Assembly: GCF_964213995.1 (NCBI RefSeq)
Contig: NW_027590119.1
Span: forward strand, 682,001-746,000
DNA length: 64,000 nucleotides
From: Mustelus asterias
Lineage: Eukaryota
Direction: 5' to 3'
Part shown: in pieces, positions 1 to 11,634 of the stretch
Layout of the letters: every line of letters starts with the position of its first letter
How positions within the stretch are numbered: position 1 is the first letter of the stretch
The notes under the pieces: generated by a model
What the model saw: the letters and a program-made list of their open reading frames with translations, nothing else
The model's database searches: none
What the model was told of the DNA's origin: nothing
Position numbers and translations under genes: made by a program

Positions 1-809
1 GTTTATATTAAGCGAGACGTTGTCTCTGTTTACATTAATTTAGATCTGTCTCTGCTTGTATCAAACTAGATGCAATCTTATTTCTGCAATTGATCGTGTC
101 CACGTTTATATTGCATTGGACATAGTCTCAGTTTTTAATCAGTCAATGCCAGTAATGATGAAATTGGTTGGGGGAACACAATTCTCTGCATCCTTCTGCA
201 TGTGCAAACTTGATGAGGTTTTGGGCACTGGAAAAGAAGAAGAGATATCTGAAGTCTACTTCTGCTAACTGCATTGAAAATGGATACCAAGCCCTGTGTA
301 GCATGCACTGTCAACAAAGAACAAAAAAGAAAGAAAATTACAGCACAGGAAAAGGCCCGTCGGCCCTCCAAGACTGCACCAACCAAATACTGTCGATCCA
401 ATACTGCCCGTTTCTGGATCCTGCCTGATAGCAATGTTTTTATCCCAATATATTATCTCTTCTTCTCGCAGAACCGTGTAGTAATACAGACATAACTCAA
501 ACAGAGACATAGTTAAGTGAAGGAATAACACTGACACAGTCTAGTGAAATATATACAGGGTCAGTATCAAATATTAAATATCCAGAGAGAGTGTCCAGTG
601 CAATATAAACTGAGTTCTGGTCTAGCAGATAACAGAACCAGACTGTATTTTAATATAAACAGGGGCCTGATCCAATAAAATAGAAATGAGTTAGTGCCGA
701 CTGCCAAGTGGGGATGGTCAAATATCAAATACTGGTATTTCCAATGACACCCACCATCCCATGACAGAAACATTAAAAAAATATTTATGACATTGTCAAG
801 GAAAAGCAA

Positions 810-1090
810 ACGGAGACAGTGTTTTAGTGCAGTTTCACTGGATATAGGAGCTTGAGCGATATGAACTGAGACAGAGCCGAGTAATTAATGATACTGGAGC
901 GAGACTTGTATGAACTGAGATGGAGCCAAGTGCATTAGTAATAACTACTGATAGAGGACTGAGACCGGTTTAAATTGAGACAGAGTCCAGTGTGTTAGTG
1001 ATAATTACTGATACAGTACCTAGAATGATATAAACTGAGACAGAGCCCATTTTATTCGTGGTAATTGTTGATGCAGGACCTCGACTGATA
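810..1090. repeat. Degenerate tandem repeat, about 50-60 bp unit
   Basis: Recurring AA(C/T)TGAGA(C/T)(A/G)GAG core at about 864, 913, 973 and 1033 with similar ...TACTGATA... tails. Confidence 0.6.
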
Positions 1091-1812
1091 CACACTGTGG
1101 TTCGGACAAAGCAGCTATTAGGACGTATTGCGACGTACAATGAAACGGAGACATGACAGTCTTAAATAATCAAATACATGGACTGGTGAAGCATTAACTT
1201 AAGCAAGACCTAAACTATTAAAATCTAATGAACTATTAGTATAATAAATGTGACAGTACCATGTGTAATGCATGAAGACAGTATTTCCAGTTTAGTATAC
1301 AGTGTTAAATGTCCTGAGGCAGTAAGAATTAAGACACGGCCTCTTGTCAGATTAGAAGAGAACTGGCTAAGTGCAGCCATAACTTAGAAATTATAATATT
1401 CACAGGGCCTGTGCCTCGTATATGAACACCTCAAATTGAGCAGAGTGCAGGAAAAAACTTAGATAGGACCTCATGGAATGTGATCCAGGCAGAGCCGAGT
1501 GTAATACAGACAGGGTCAGAGGCGAGTTGAATATAAGCAGGGATGTGAAATGTTTAAAATTGTTTCATGAGATTTTGGTGTCACTTATGTGAAGTCAACT
1601 TTTGTTTCCAAATCCTAATTTCCTTTGAGAATGTGGTGGCAAGCTTTGGGAAGCTGGTGGGTGGGGTGTTCTTCGAGACAGCTACTTTTTCCATAATGGC
1701 ATTGAGCTTTTTGAGTGGCACAAGTTAGGCAAGTAGAGAATATTCAATCATCTGTGTTGGAACAGACTTGGAGGGCAGAAGGGCCTGTTCATGTGCTGTA
1801 CTGTTTTTTGTT

Positions 1813-2450
1813 CTTTGTTCATACTCCTGACTTTTGCCTTGTAGATGATGGATAGGGTTTGGGAATTCAGGTGGTGAGATGTTCGCCGCAGAACTCCTGG
1901 CATCAGACCTGCTGTTGCAGCCACATGATTTAAATGCCTGTTCCAGTTCAGATTTTCACGAAGTATAATGTCCAGGATGTTGATAGTGAGGGATTCTGCG
2001 CTCGTAATGCTGCTTAGTGTCAAGGGGAGATGGCTGGAATCTCCCTTGTTGGAGAGGGTCATTGCCTGCCACTTGTGTGGCATTAGTGTTACTTGCCACT
2101 CATTAGCCCAAGACTGAATGTTTTCTAAGTCCTGCTTCATATGGACACAGACTGTGTCAGTACCTCAGGAGTCGGAATTGGTGCTGAAATTTGTTCAATC
2201 ATCAGTGAACGTCCCACATATGAACTTTGATGATGGCTGAATCTTGGGGCTAGGTCACTAACCTGAAGAATTCCTGCAGAGCCCTGTGACTGAGATGATT
2301 AACCATTAACAACAACAAGCATCTTCCTTTGTGCTCCAGCCAGTGGACTGTTTTCCCCCCTGATTTCCATTAACTGCAGTTTCGCTCGGGTTCCTTGATG
2401 CTACAAAAGGTCAAATGCTGTGTCGATGTCAAGGGCACGCACTCTCTATT
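1813..2450 (-). mobile_element. Decayed LINE (CR1/L2 clade) reverse-transcriptase fragment
   Basis: ORF 1748-2140 reads DLENIQSWANEWQVTLMPHKWQAM...LNWNRHL, typical of the LINE RT C-terminal part; a separate LINE-tail fragment lies at about 1748-1812. Confidence 0.7.
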
Positions 2451-3145
2451 CACCTTTTAATTTAAATTTTTTATCTATATTTGGACTCATTTTCAATCAT
2501 TTCGGGAATCGAGTGATCCTGGCGGAACAAAAATTGAGCATCTTGGTGTGCGTGTGTTTTGTGAAATACATCATGTTTATAGAAATTAATTTCAAAATGA
2601 TCACTTGCATTCTTCCATTTACAGTACATGTTGGACGCACAATAAACACATCCAATTCAGATTGGCTTCCTTTACATATGTTACCTTTTCTGATGATTGA
2701 GGAGGACAATTTTTGAAAGGTTAGTTCTGCCACAAGTGCTGCCCATGAAGCTACCATTTGTCATTGTGTGTTATCGTTTTTGTATTATGAATGGATATTA
2801 GGAACTTTGGTGTGGAGCCAGTTATCACCAAAATCCTGTAGTCTTTGCCGTGCTGACGGTGTTGAATGTCTTCGCGTGATTGACCAAAGTACGTTAAAGA
2901 TATGGACACATATGGAACATGGAGAGGTTGTTGTCTGGAGTAAATGTTCCAACACAGTCACTACACTGCACATCAGGAACACCCGGTCTGCAAGCAGATG
3001 ATGTTTTCCAAGTGTGACCCCAGCAAATATCTTTCCCGTGATGCTATGACTGAGATATGTCTGTGGCTGGAGCATTCTCTTCCATTGACTTACTTTGCAA
3101 AATGTGTGTTGAATTTGAATCATACATCTCTTGTGGAATGGTGGG

Positions 3146-3445
3146 TGGCAGGGTGGCACAGTGGTTAGCTCTATTGCCTCACAGCGCCAGGGCCACAGGT
3201 TTGCTTCCCAACTTGGGTCAGTGTCTGTGCGGAGTCTGCACATTTTTCGTGTATGCGCGGATTTCCTCTGGGTGCTCCAGTTTCCTCCCACAGTCCAAAA
3301 AGGCATGCAGGTAAGGTTCACGGCCAGGCTAAATTCCCCCTCAGTGTACCCGAACAGACGCCGCAATGTGGCGACACGGGAATTTTCACAGTAACTTCAT
3401 TGCAGTGTTAATGTAAGCCTACTTGTGACATTAATAAATAAACTT
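3146..3445 (+). mobile_element. tRNA-derived V-SINE
   Basis: tRNA-like head GGTGGCACAGTGGTTAGC, V-domain-like TGTGCGGAGTCTGCAC...TTTCCTCCCACAGTCC, tail ...GTAAGCCTACTTGTGAC..AATAAATAAAC. Confidence 0.8.
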
Positions 3446-4100
3446 AGAACATAGAACATAGAACATAGAACATTACAGCGCAGAACAGGCCCTTCGGCCC
3501 ACGATGTTGCACCGACCAGTTAAAAAAAAAAACTGTGACCCTCCAACCTAAACCAATTTCTTTTCGTCCATGAACCTATCTACGGATCTCTTAAACGCCC
3601 CCAAACTAGGCGCATTTACTACTGATGCTGGCAGGGCATTCCAATCCCTCACCACCCTCTGGGTAAAGAACCTACCCCTGACATCGGTTCTATAACTACC
3701 CCCCCTCAATTTAAAGCCATGCCCCCTCGTGCTGGATTTCTCCATCAGAGGAAAAAGGCTATCACTATCCACCCTATCTAAACCTCTAATCATCTTATAT
3801 GTTTCAATAAGATCCCCTCTTAGCCGCCGCCTTTCCAGCGAAAACAATCCCAAATCCCTCAGCCTCTCCTCATAGGATCTCCCCTCCATACCAGGCAACA
3901 TCCTGGTAAACCTCCTCTGCACCCTCTCCAAAGCCTCCACATCCTTCCTGTAATGTGGGGACCAGAACTGCACACAGTACTCCAAGTGCGGCCGCACCAG
4001 AGTTGTGTACAGTTGCAACATAACGCTACGACTCCTAAATTCAATCCCCCTACCAATAAACGCCAAGACACCATATGCCTTTTTAACAACCTTATCTACT
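3446..4100 (-). mobile_element. 5'-truncated CR1 LINE
   Basis: ORF 3548-4066 LVRPHLEYCVQFWSP...LERVQRRFTRM...RRRLRGDLIETYK; 3' tail of (TTCTATG)n repeats. Confidence 0.92.
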
Positions 4101-4962
4101 TGATCACTTCATTGCCTGATTCAATGGAAGATAAAACATTTATTCTTGTGATATTTGCAATGTGCCGCATAGCCCTGATATCCTGTGTTCGCAATACCAG
4201 CGAATGTTCGACAGCCGGTGGCCTACAGATTGAGCTGCAATTATTTAGATGCTGAAGGAGAACTTTCATGATCTCCGTGTCCGTTCCGATTCATTAAATT
4301 CTCTGTCAAAAGTCGATTTATTTTTATGTTTCACAATCAACTCAGTGTTTAATTCTCAGGAGGGCTGGATTCTTATTATTTTCAAAGGGTTGTCTTCGAG
4401 ATTGGACAGTTTGACAAATATAAGGAGAAACATTGTATTGTGTGAGAGTTTCTTCTCATCTCCGAACCCAAATTGTACAGTGATAGCCATCCACACTGTA
4501 AATAGAATCACTTTGTTCATCCCCCACATTTAGTTACAGAAATCGATAACAATTCTTCTGATAAATGATGCTTTATTATTGTAATGTGACAGACCCGGAA
4601 TTGTTGCAAAATAGACTGACGGTCTCCTTATTTTCCAAAAATGTTATTTCATCATTGTTAGAGTTGTGTTCTTGTCAGGGGCGTGGTAATAAAAGCACCA
4701 TATTTACAATGGAATTAGTTTCTTTTTTAAATAAAGAGCTGATGAACTGCAATATCACCATCAGAAATAATGGAGACAATACATTGAACATATTCAGCCA
4801 AACAAATATCCCGACACAGATAAAATGCCCATTTTAATATTAACCTATTGTAAATCTCGGAGTCCATTCTGTTGGCGTGTGGAAGGTGGGACGTGGACCC
4901 AGTCGCCGCCTCCAGCAGGGAATCAACAGGCGGCGCCTGGAAAGCCGCCCCCTTCTGCCGGG

Positions 4963-4979
4963 TATTTAAATGACGCTCA
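4963..4979 (+). promoter_or_regulatory. VH promoter TATA-like box with adjacent CRE-like half site
   Basis: TATTTAAA (4963-4970) followed by TGACG, about 95 bp upstream of the leader ATG, in a GC-rich patch; no ATGCAAAT octamer seen in 4800-5060. Confidence 0.55.
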
Positions 4980-5061
4980 CTGGGACCGGAATCCAACAGT
5001 CCGGGAGCTGGTTTGTTCACTGAGTTCCTGACACAACCATTTCCCCCAATTTACCAGAAGG

Positions 5062-5107
5062 ATGAGGTCGGCGATTTCTCTCAGTTTGTTGCTGACTTTC
5101 TTCTCCG
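5062..5107 (+). CDS. IGHV: IgH V leader exon (MRSAISLSLLLTFFS-G)
   Basis: ATG at 5062, hydrophobic signal peptide, phase-1 donor G|GTGAGT at 5108. Confidence 0.93.
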
Positions 5108-5239
5108 GTGAGTAGTTTTTTTTAATTGTCCAAGTCCCTCATTGTTACTGTCTCAATGTTAGTCTATCTCTGGAATGGTCCAGAGTCAGCAACCATGTCA
5201 CCAAGATTAATCCTCGGGTTTCCTGATCTATTTTTACAG

Positions 5240-5544
5240 GTGTCCAGTCGGAGGTTGTGTTGACTCAGCCAGAGGCAGAGACCGGGCGTCCCGGAGGCTC
5301 CCTGAAACTGACCTGTAAAACCAGCGGATTCGATCTTGGAGGCTACTACACGGGTTGGATCCGACAGGTTCCCGGGCAGGGCCTGGAGTGGCTGGTTAGC
5401 TACTATACTTCATCAAGCAACTATTACGCCTCCGGGATTCAGGGCCGATTTACTGCGTCCAAAGACCTTTCAAACAGCATCTTCGCTTTGGACATGACGA
5501 GCCTGAAGACCGAAGACACCGCCATCTATTACTGTGCAAGAGAC
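5240..5544 (+). CDS. IGHV: IgH variable segment (VH), intact germline
   Basis: Acceptor TTTTTACAG|G; (G)[30 protein letters not shown]...[13 protein letters not shown]...RFTASKD...[11 protein letters not shown]; both canonical Cys and Trp present. Confidence 0.97.
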
Positions 5545-5583
5545 CACAGCGAGAGGAACCAGGGATGGACCCGAACAAGAACA
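5545..5583 (+). promoter_or_regulatory. V 23-RSS
   Basis: CACAGCG, 23-nt spacer, ACAAGAACA. Confidence 0.93.
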
Positions 5584-5918
5584 GCTCGAGAGGGAATTCA
5601 GCAACTTCCATCATAACCTGAAGGTCAGTATCTGTTTTAAATGTAATATCATCGACAGTGGTCAGAACCAAACCATAATCGTGTTTAAAAAGTAACAAAG
5701 AAAGCATTTAACAGTAAAATTTAACAAAGTCACCGATATAACGGGGTGAGCTTTTCACTGACTTTATATTTATTGTCGTTTCAGCAAGTACAGCACTATC
5801 GTTTTAATATTTCTGATAGATTGTGTTATATAAACAGTTGCCTACATTTTAAGTTAGAGCAGAACAAATGGTCCATTTGAAGTGAATATTGAGCGGCAGT
5901 ACTGAACAGAGCAAGTGC

Positions 5919-5998
5919 AGTTTTTGTACGGGTGTCTGTCACTGTGATACAGCAGTGGGTCACTGTGCTGAACACAGCGACATCCTCATACAAAAACC
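5919..5998 (+). other. D1 diversity segment (coding 5947-5960, ATACAGCAGTGGGT) with 5' 12-RSS and 3' 22-RSS
   Basis: AGTTTTTGT-12-CACTGTG | D | CACTGTG-22-ACAAAAACC; all three frames open (IQQW, YSSG, TAVG). Confidence 0.94.
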
Positions 5999-6308
5999 TC
6001 AGAGAAAGACTTTGCTTAAATATGTGATCAGTGCCACTGCCGAATGCTAAACAAAGTGAGGATTCCAACAAAATAATATGTAGAAGCAGCATTGTTTTTT
6101 ATAAGGTATAAAATACTTCAAATTTATTGTTATTGGTTTACATGCTGAATGTGCACAGAGAGTCTCAAAGTTTCTAATCCCCTTTATCAATCTCATGACC
6201 AGTAAAAATTGAAATATCTCACTGACTCACTCTTAAACGGGATGGAAACAGGCTTTTGAAATAGCAGTGGAATTAACCATCTGCATGATACAGTTAACAG
6301 TCTGCCGC

Positions 6309-6376
6309 AGTATTTGTCATGCTGTGTCTCACTGTGATAACTGGGTGGCACAGTAGTTACTGTCAATACAAAAACC
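6309..6376 (+). other. D2 diversity segment (coding 6337-6348, ATAACTGGGTGG) with 12/12 RSS
   Basis: AGTATTTGT-12-CACTGTG | D | CACAGTA-12-ACAAAAACC. Confidence 0.94.
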
Positions 6377-6700
6377 CCTCAGTACCAATTGATTGAGGCT
6401 GGATCAGAGTCACTTGTAACTTCCAACTTTAATCACAGTACAGTATTATTTATGTCGAGCACTGACCACATGATAAGAATGAACATGGAAGATATGTGAT
6501 AATTACTCAATTATCAGTTGGTGTTTTCAATAACATGTTCATGTGTTCCTCTGTGAAATATATAACATCAATGTCATTTATGAATGGAGAATGGTATCCA
6601 GAAATGCAATGATAATTTAATGAACATTAATTGACTGTTTTTCCTCTGGTTTGTGAATATTTAAAATAATGGTGGTTTTGTGTTTATTTTGTGCAGGGAC

Positions 6701-6739
6701 GGTTATTGTATGACACAGCCCAGAGAATGTGACACTGTG
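6701..6739 (-). promoter_or_regulatory. J 23-RSS
   Basis: GGTTATTGT, 23-nt spacer, CACTGTG immediately 5' of J. Confidence 0.93.
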
Positions 6740-6787
6740 ACGAGTTCGACTACTGGGGACAAGGAACCATGGTGACGGTGACTGCAG
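6740..6787 (+). CDS. IGHJ: IgH joining segment (EFDYWGQGTMVTVTA)
   Basis: WGxG motif; phase-1 donor G|GTAAGA at 6788. Confidence 0.97.
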
Positions 6788-7049
6788 GTAAGAACCATGC
6801 ACTTATTGAGTAATTGGCTTTCATGTGTCTTTATTTTACATTTTTGTCGATACTCATAATCCATTTGTTTACTTAAATGGGGGTTTGGTGGATTCTGGAT
6901 TGTGATTTTTTTACAATGTTTCCTGTGATTCTGCTGCAAAGGGCTTCTAGAATTATGCTGTTTCTTGACAATAGAGGCTGCTGAGCGATTCAATCCCTCG
7001 TTCTTGCGATGTTGTGTTTATCTGTTGAGGTTACTGTGTGGCTGGGTTA

Positions 7050-8980
7050 CTTTAAAAGCCTGACGTCTGTTAAACAATTCAGCGTTTCTGCAATGTTTAA
7101 TCTCGGTGACATCTAGTGGCTGCGGGTTGTACCATCAACTGCACAAGTGTTTGAAATCTAACCGAATATTTTTTTAAAGTTCTAAAATTTCTAGATTAAT
7201 CCAGTGAACATGTTCCACTCACTAGCAGTGCTGGTGCTGCTATGCAATATTTCTGCTTATTATAAACATTAATTACTTTGGTGATGGGTGGATTGGCTGG
7301 AATTTATATTAAAAATTTCTGTCAATGTTACATTTGATTCTGTTGAAAGTGTTTGTAGAATTGAGCTGCTTCTGCAGGAAGCGGGGTTCAGACTCTCAGT
7401 GGTGCGTTTTTTCTGGTGAGATTATGTATCTGGGTGACTTTAAGTAAGTAAAATTTGTGACATAGTTTGGTGTTTCTGCATTGTTTAAACTCGGTGACAC
7501 AGCTGTTACACGCTGCGGGTTTACAATTGCTTGACGCATGACTGCAGGCAGAAATCAGACAGGCTTTAGTGTGTTTGTATTTTTAAAATTTTAAGTGATA
7601 ATTGCAGGTTAAAATAAACCACGGTTTACGCCGCTCGTTCAGAACATAGTTTGTCACGGCATTCACAATCTGAGGTACCTGCAATGTTTAATCTCGGTGG
7701 CATTTGATGGCTGGAGCTTTTACCATCCAAATGTTTAAATATGTTTGAAATATATTCCAATCTGAATAAAATGTGATAACGTTTCAATACTAATTTGTTG
7801 GGCATATTCCATCTCCTCGCAATGCTATTGTTATTATTCCAGATTTATGTTACCTTTAACAATTGGTTAAGAGCTGGTTTGCTAGATTCGATATTGAGAT
7901 TTTCTTGCAATGTGACATTTGATTCTGTTCAATGGATAATTGAGCTGTTTCTCCATGAAACGGATTCATTCCCTCATTGATGTGTTTTGGTGTGTTTCCG
8001 TTGAGGAGATTCTGTGGTTTGGTCACTATGAATGTTTAAAATTTGTGAAATAGTTTGGCTTTGCTGCATTATTTCTGCATTGTTCAAACTCGGTGCCACT
8101 GAGCGGTTAGACGTTTTCTGGTTGAATGCAAACAATCTTTGAGTTTGAAAATCCTTGTAGGGAGAAAACGAGCAGGTTTTGGAAAAAAAACTAAAATAAA
8201 GATATTACAGCATTTTTATAAATTTTAACTAACGCTTACAAATTAAAATACATCATGACGTACAACGCTCATTCGGACACTACGTCGTTGCTGCAATCAA
8301 AAACTTCTCATTAACAAGTTTAATAGTAAAATTAATATAAATCAAACAATTATTAATCGGTAATATAACTCCATATTCACCAAAGATTACTTTGTATTGA
8401 TATAATTTAGCAGTCATCCCCTTTAATAGTTCTGTTGTGCTTTTCACACAATTAACATGACCAGAAAAATTTCCAGACTGCAAATATTTTGTGACAATTC
8501 CAGAAATTATTTCAATGATAACATGCTGTTTCCACAGCAGCTCTCAGCTGAACACGATACTTGGCATTAGTCGTTATATCCCAGATTAAGTTCGCATTCA
8601 CTGGAATACGAGTTTTGCAGAATAAGACGTTGCTTTTTGGCTATTTTTGTATCCGAATACTACATTTTTTTCCTGTGCAGTCGCAACCAGATTATTCCTT
8701 CCAAGTAATTTGTAATTGGATACCGAGATAATTAATTACTAATCTCATCTCAAAATTTGTGAAATGGTTTGGTGTTTCTCAATTGTTTCTGTATTGGTTC
8801 AACTCAGTGATACTGAACGGTTACACGTTTTCTGGCTAAATGAAAATAAAACTGCGTTTGAAAATTCTTGGAGGGGTAAAGTAAACAGGTTTCGGAAAAA
8901 TAAAATAAATATATGTTAGGACTTTTATTCATGTTAACTGATGCTTACAGATTAAAATAAATCATGAATTACAATTCTTA
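7050..8980. repeat. Degenerate ~600-bp tandem duplication in the 5' J-C intron
   Basis: CTG(C/T)A(A/T)TG..T(C/T)AA..(C)TC(G/A)GTG motif at about 7088, 7476, 7679, 8075 and 8790; shared downstream blocks (ACATTTGATTCTGTT; AAATTTGTGA.AT.GTTTGG). Confidence 0.75.
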
Positions 8981-10545
8981 CTGTGTCACCGTATCTCTGT
9001 TAGGGACATTACACTACCCTGAATCTTTTATATTTGATGTGCTCATTTTCAGAAAAAATACATTTTTGCCCAGTTTTCGGGATTTGAGACAGACAGGGAG
9101 AGATAGTTAAAAGGCGAAGGGAGTTTTGAAATGAACATCAGGTTAATTTAAAATATGTATTGATTTTTTTGTTGTTGTAATTTGACCTTTGATCAATTAG
9201 AATCAAAGAGTTTGTATAAATTTGACAGAGTGAACAGAGTTTTCTGACAGGTGGAATTCGCTGACACTCAAGCAATTGTTCATATGATTGTGTTTGAATT
9301 GTAGTAAAGTGTCAACACAAACTGGCTAGAGATGGACAAGTTAATGCTTGAAATTCAAAAAGATTAATTTATGTAAAAATATTCTGATACTATAAAAATA
9401 ATATTAGCTCTGCACTTAATAATAACATCATGTCTCCCATTACTGCTGAACTCAGGATAGAATTATGGGAAGAATAAATGACAGAATAGAAGAATTGATT
9501 ATATCTGAACCTTATGTTTAATACTTGTTAAATATTATAATGAAGAAAAAGTCTGGACTTATATTCTGCATCGTGCTTTAGAGGATTTGAATCAATTGTC
9601 CTCTTTGTGTTTGCACTGTTTAATTCAGATTTTCTTTAATTAAACAATGTGTTCAGTAATTAAGTTATATGGATGGGCTAACTTTTTACATCTAGAATGC
9701 ATTATTATTGATTTCAAACTGCCAGGCCGTTACAGCCTATACAAATTCAGAAGTATGCATTTTTAACACGTTTCTAGGTTATAATACGATATTTGTAGTA
9801 AAAGTGGAAAAGTAAAATATTACAATGTGATTGGATTTAAGTAAATGAATGACAGATTCTGAATGTTTCCATTCAGTAATTTGAAATTATTGTTTAACAT
9901 TGTATAAGGTTTAATTGTAACCTAATTATTTAACAATGCTGGAGGTAGAAGCACGTTTTGAATGATTGAAAACTCATTTTATTACAGAGTTCAAATCAGC
10001 TGATAAGAGAACTAACTGGCAATTAACAATAACTTAAAATATAATATTGCTGCTGATTAATTTAAAACAAAAGAACTTGAATATTGTACAGGTGTGCAAA
10101 ATACAATTAGTTTTAGAGAATATTTAATTGTATCGAAAATGAATTCAGAAACAAAACATTTCTTTACTCAGCTATGCTCAGCTCGATAAAGTATTTTGCC
10201 TTGATTATTTTGTTCATTAATTTAATTAAGAAATTAACTCGAATCAGATAATGATTTTCAATGTAAATGTTTCCTGATTTGTTTAATTCTGACTGTGTCA
10301 CTGCATCTCTGTTAGGGACATTGAACTGTCCTGAACCTGTTATTTTTCATTGCTCATTTTCAGCAAAATTACATTTTTACATAGTTTTCGAGAAGTGAGA
10401 CAGAGAAATAATTAAAAGTCGAAAGGAGTTCTGAAATGAATATCAGTTTAATTTAAAGTAGGTTATTGATTTTCTGTTGTTGTAAGTTGACCATTGATCA
10501 ATTAGAATCCAACAATTTGAATGAAATTGACAGATTGAACAGATC
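8979..10545. repeat. Direct repeat of about 260 bp (8979-9240 and 10291-10545)
   Basis: Both copies start CTGTGTCAC...ATCTCTGTTAGGGACATT and end ...GATCAATTAGAATC...TTGACAGA.TGAACAGA. Confidence 0.8.
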
Positions 10546-11029
10546 TATCTGCTGGGCACTCGATTGTTGCACCGTTTGTGTCTGTTCTGTTTCTGTGCGC
10601 GTGGTCACTGTGTTGGCACCAAGAATCTGCCTGACTGGTTATAAACCTTTTGGTTCCTTCCCCTGTATTTCCGGGAGTGAAAATTGATTTATTTCTTCAA
10701 TAAACTTGTATCTGTGAGAAACGTGACAGGTTGATCTGATGTTTGACTCGGAGTCTCAGAAATAAGATCCCTAAAGCACACTGTGACCGTTAGAGAGAGC
10801 AGAAACGTCAGGCTGCAGAGAGAGATTTGGTTGATTCTTAACCAGTGATATACCGGCTTTGGGAACTTTGGATGAGCAAATGCAAAGGGAGATTTACTAT
10901 ATTGTACTGTATACTATAGCGGTCCCTGACCTGTTTAGTCGAACAGTTACAGGGTCAAATTCGTTTGCATCTTATTCTTAATTTCTAAAGGCAATTTAGA
11001 GTCGCTTGCAAAGCAAGAATTTTAAATAT

Positions 11030-11480
11030 GTCCCTACATAATTGTTCCTTGGGAAAGAATTGATATTAAGTATCCTTGAATAACTGCAGTGCATATGCTG
11101 CAGGCGTCCGCCGTGCTGATGGGCAGGAAGTTCCAGGATTTTGACCCAGCGACTGTGAAGGAACTGAGATATTGTTTCAAGTCAAGATGGTGTGTGTCTT
11201 GTCGGGGAGCTTGCAGGTGATAGTGTTCATATGTGGCTTCTGCCCTTGTCCCGTTAGGCTGTAAAGGCAGTGGGTTTGGACAGTGCTTTCTATGGAGTCT
11301 TGGTGAGTTGCTGCAGTGCATCTTGTATATTATACACTGCTGTAACTGCTTGTTAGTGATAGAGAGAGTGAATAGGGTGACTGAGGGGGTTGGGTAATCT
11401 TGTGGGTGGCTTTGTCCTGGATTGTGTCAAATTCCTTGAGTTTTTACAAGTTTCGCTCATTGAGGAAAGAGGAAATTATT
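11030..11480 (-). mobile_element. Old L2/CR1-like LINE 3' fragment
   Basis: ORF 11034-11321 SFTVAGSKSWNFLP, characteristic of LINE ORF2 C-termini. Confidence 0.6.
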
Positions 11481-11634
11481 CAATTGTGAACTGACTTGTG
11501 AAAGATTTAAATGTTTTTCCAACCCTTGGCCCGCGCTCCGTATTGTGCTCACTTGTCACTCCCATTTACTGTGTGAGTGGGTGAGTGTGTATGTGAAGTG
11601 AGGGTGTTTTTCCAGACTGAATCAGCCAGAGAGA

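Noticed and set aside
10588-10612. Possible extra RSS in the J-C intron (TGTTTCTGT...CACTGTG)
   Set aside because: The spacer is 9 nt, not 12 or 23, and no J-like WGxG sequence follows.
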